Source of the DNA: an uncultured delta proteobacterium
Lineage (GTDB): Bacteria; Desulfobacterota; Desulfobaccia; Desulfobaccales; 0-14-0-80-60-11
Direction of reading: 5' to 3'
Length of the DNA: 64,000 nucleotides
Assembly: GCA_963796215.1 (NCBI GenBank)
Contig: CAWCKU010000012.1
Location: forward strand, 35,049-99,048
Positions 61,688-64,000 of the stretch are shown in pieces. How positions within the stretch are numbered: the stretch's first letter is position 1; each line of letters opens with the position of its first letter. The position numbers and the translations under genes are program-made. Under the pieces are notes generated by a model, which worked only from the letters and a program-made list of their open reading frames with translations, was not told where the DNA came from and did not search any database.

Positions 61688-62872
61688 ATGGCCTTATCTC
61701 AAGATGTCGTTGATCGACTTCGTAGTTGCAAAAGGCCTATTGGAGAAGATTCGATTCCTCCCATCGGCGCGTCCTGATCGTATTTCTTTGGCTCAAGCCG
61801 TTCTCGCTGCTCACGACGCTGCAGAACTTGCATCTGCGGCAGTCGCTCGGCATCTTAATTGCTTGCCAGACTCTCAAAAAATATATCTCATGGATATTCT
61901 TTCAGCTATAAAGAAAAACCAGGGGGCGGTTGTAGCCGGTCGTGATTACTTCTCACAGCTCAATAGTGTTAGAAATTCATTAAAGCATCAGGGAATTTTT
62001 GCAAATCAGCAAGATTGGTATCGGGTTGGGGAACGAACATATGATCATGTATCGGAGTGGTGCCAGCAATATCTCGGGCTTTCCCTGAACGAATTGGATG
62101 AATCGGCTCTTATTGCAAATCAAGATGTCAAGGAGTTATCCGATACCGCTAAGGATCTTTTCCAACAGGGTCAGCACAAGAGATGCTTGGAGCATCTTGC
62201 ACTAGCCGCCGAATACCTTTTTAAAAGTAACCAAGCCTTCGAAATCTCATAGTGGGCAGGGCCAGAGCAGAAGACGCCATCAAACTTGCTGCGTTTGGCG
62301 TTCATGCCAATGATTATCTCGCCCTTCAAGAATTTCTTCCATTAGTTACCTATGACGGTGATCATTATGGTTTCAGATGGGAACAAGGAAAATATGGCCA
62401 CCCGGGCAACTGGACTAAAGCCGCAGCTGAGTTCTCGCTAAAAACATTTGTCAATGTGGCACTTAGAATCCAAGATGCCGATTGGATTCCTGGAGCCATA
62501 GAGTTCAATTTACTTTATGAGCATAAGATTACGGCTTCGGTCGATGGTGTGGAGATAATCCAGGAAAAGCCAAGTGGTGGTGGTATATTTGATCGACTTA
62601 CCCCAGAGCGCGCGGTTATTAGAACTCTCAAGAAGGGTGAATCCCTCCGATGTCAGGTATTACAAAAAGAAAGGTCATTGTCTTTTGCTACTGGACTCTT
62701 ATCTGATTTTGTTGGAAAAGAGAAAAACCCCATCCTATCAATATGTAGTTTTGATCCTCTCCTTTGGGGTGAGGTGCAAGCAGATAAGGTTCATGTTACT
62801 TGTGTACCCAAAGATAGCGAATTAGTTCGTAAGTATTTTCCAGATCTTCCCGAGGTTGAGCACGAACCTTGA
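61688..62872 (+). CDS. AT-richer hypothetical protein with N-terminal HEPN-like motif, probably one gene split by frameshifts
   Basis: MALSQDVVDRL joins VVAKGLL frame; HDAAEL and RNSLKH (Rx4H); ORFs abut at 62252. Confidence 0.6.
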
Positions 62873-62923
62873 CGATGATCGCCAAAGGATTACCTCCCCT
62901 TCCCCTCCTTCCATTGGCATAAA

Positions 62924-62951
62924 TAGGGGCGACCCAGCGGGTCGCCCCTAC
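62924..62951. repeat. GTAG-family REP palindrome
   Basis: TAGGGGCGACCCAGCGGGTCGCCCCTAC. Confidence 0.75.
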
Positions 62952-63038
62952 ATTTTTTCTCATAAGGGGTTGGGGGAGGGAGTTTGAGGGAGGGGGCAGG
63001 GGCCGTCGGCCCCTGGCCCCCTCCCTCAACTATTACAT

Positions 63039-63604
63039 CTACCCCAGCTTCTTCATCAGCCACGCCATATTCTGGGCCAGGTCTGCATGGTCTTCATCCC
63101 CTCGGCGTCATTGGCGGCGTCGCCGGGCTTCAGGCCGTAGGCGATGGGCCAGTAGGTGGACCCCGGGGTGAACATCCCCATGATGACGAACCAGAACTGC
63201 AACTGGGCGTAGGTGAAATTGACCCCGGCCCGCCGGGCCACCACCACGGGTGAGCCCACCTTGCGGTAAAAGGGGTTGTCGCCCTGGCGGGCCACGTAGC
63301 CGGCCCGGTCCAGCAGGGCCATGAGGTTGGGGGTGGCGGAGCCGAAATAGACCGGCGAGCCCACCAGGAGGCCGTCGGCCGCGGCCATGGCCTCATAAAC
63401 CGGCATGAAGTCGTCTTCCTGGGCGCAGCGGTTCTTCTCCTTGGCGCATTTCATACAGGCCCGGCAGGGCAGGATCTGCTTGTCGTGCAAGGAGATGTAC
63501 TCCGTCTCCAACCCTTGCTGCTCCAAGACCTTCAAGGCCTCGTGCAGCAGCAGGTTGGTGTTTCCCTGGGGCCGGGGCGACCCGGAAATGGCCAGTACCT
63601 TCAA
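63039..63604 (-). CDS. Iron-sulfur flavoprotein (Isf / multimeric flavodoxin family), frameshift near the 3' end
   Basis: ISGSPR..GNT, CRACMKC.....RC, GSPVYFG; shifted frame ends NMAWLMKKLG. Confidence 0.9.
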
Positions 63605-63810
63605 GGTTGTTCCCTCCTTATCTCGGTTTATTAGCTTTTAAGCTAACATCTACCAATACAAATTTATGAGCTCGCTCCGATGAACCGCCGATATTCACGA
63701 GATGAAGTAAGGGCACTCGAGCCGCTCTACGGCGCACGTCCTCACCTGCCGCGGATTTTTCTTCCCAACTCGAAAAGACTTGACAGCCCAGCGAATTTTA
63801 TCCTAATAAA

Positions 63811-63824
63811 TGAGTGAACGCTCA
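63811..63824. promoter_or_regulatory. Candidate TetR autoregulatory operator downstream of a TTGACA -35
   Basis: TGAG-TGAACG-CTCA inverted repeat just upstream of the TetR start. Confidence 0.55.
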
Positions 63825-63839
63825 CATCGATTATTCCCT

Positions 63840-64000
63840 ATGGCCCGCAACGGCAACAATACCAAAGAACTGATCGCCCGCACCGCCCTGGAACTCTTCG
63901 TGGGGAAGGGCATCACCGAGACCACCGTCCGGGATATCGCCGCGGCCGCGGGCCTGGCCGAAGGCACCCTTTACCGCCACTTTGACAGCAAGGACGAGCT
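63840..64000 (+). CDS. TetR/AcrR family regulator, N-terminal part (truncated by window end)
   Basis: [53 protein letters not shown]. Confidence 0.92.
   Translation, partial: MARNGNNTKELIARTALELFVGKGITETTVRDIAAAAGLAEGTLYRHFDSKDE

Overview
A 64-kb GC-rich chromosomal segment from an anaerobic Desulfobacterota-like bacterium (inferred from gene content). Housekeeping genes (ndvB-like, fprA, DnaJ-type, birA, asnS, surA-like, mfd, msrAB, Nth-like, ASKHA/RACo, Isf) are mixed with accessory material. The accessory material includes a BrnT/BrnA + GIY-YIG + HEPN-like cassette and a ~13-kb region between convergent tRNA-Lys and tRNA-Leu. That region holds a complete class-D-like group II intron, two multi-PAS hybrid kinases, a short csrA missed by the ORF track and a P4-type integrase. 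Further along are two Cya2-like (probable guanylyl) cyclases, one coupled to an orphan THI5/NMT1 binding protein; a CsrA-FliW in-frame fusion beside a GGA-dense leader; a selenocysteine formate dehydrogenase with a fused, apparently non-bifurcating NuoEF; three tandem small secreted paralogs behind a ModE-like box; and a nested MITE with TIRs and a target-site duplication. Many genes, including conserved housekeeping ones, have single-base frameshifts that are most likely long-read/assembly errors. All calls come from reading the sequence and recalled family motifs; no searches were run.
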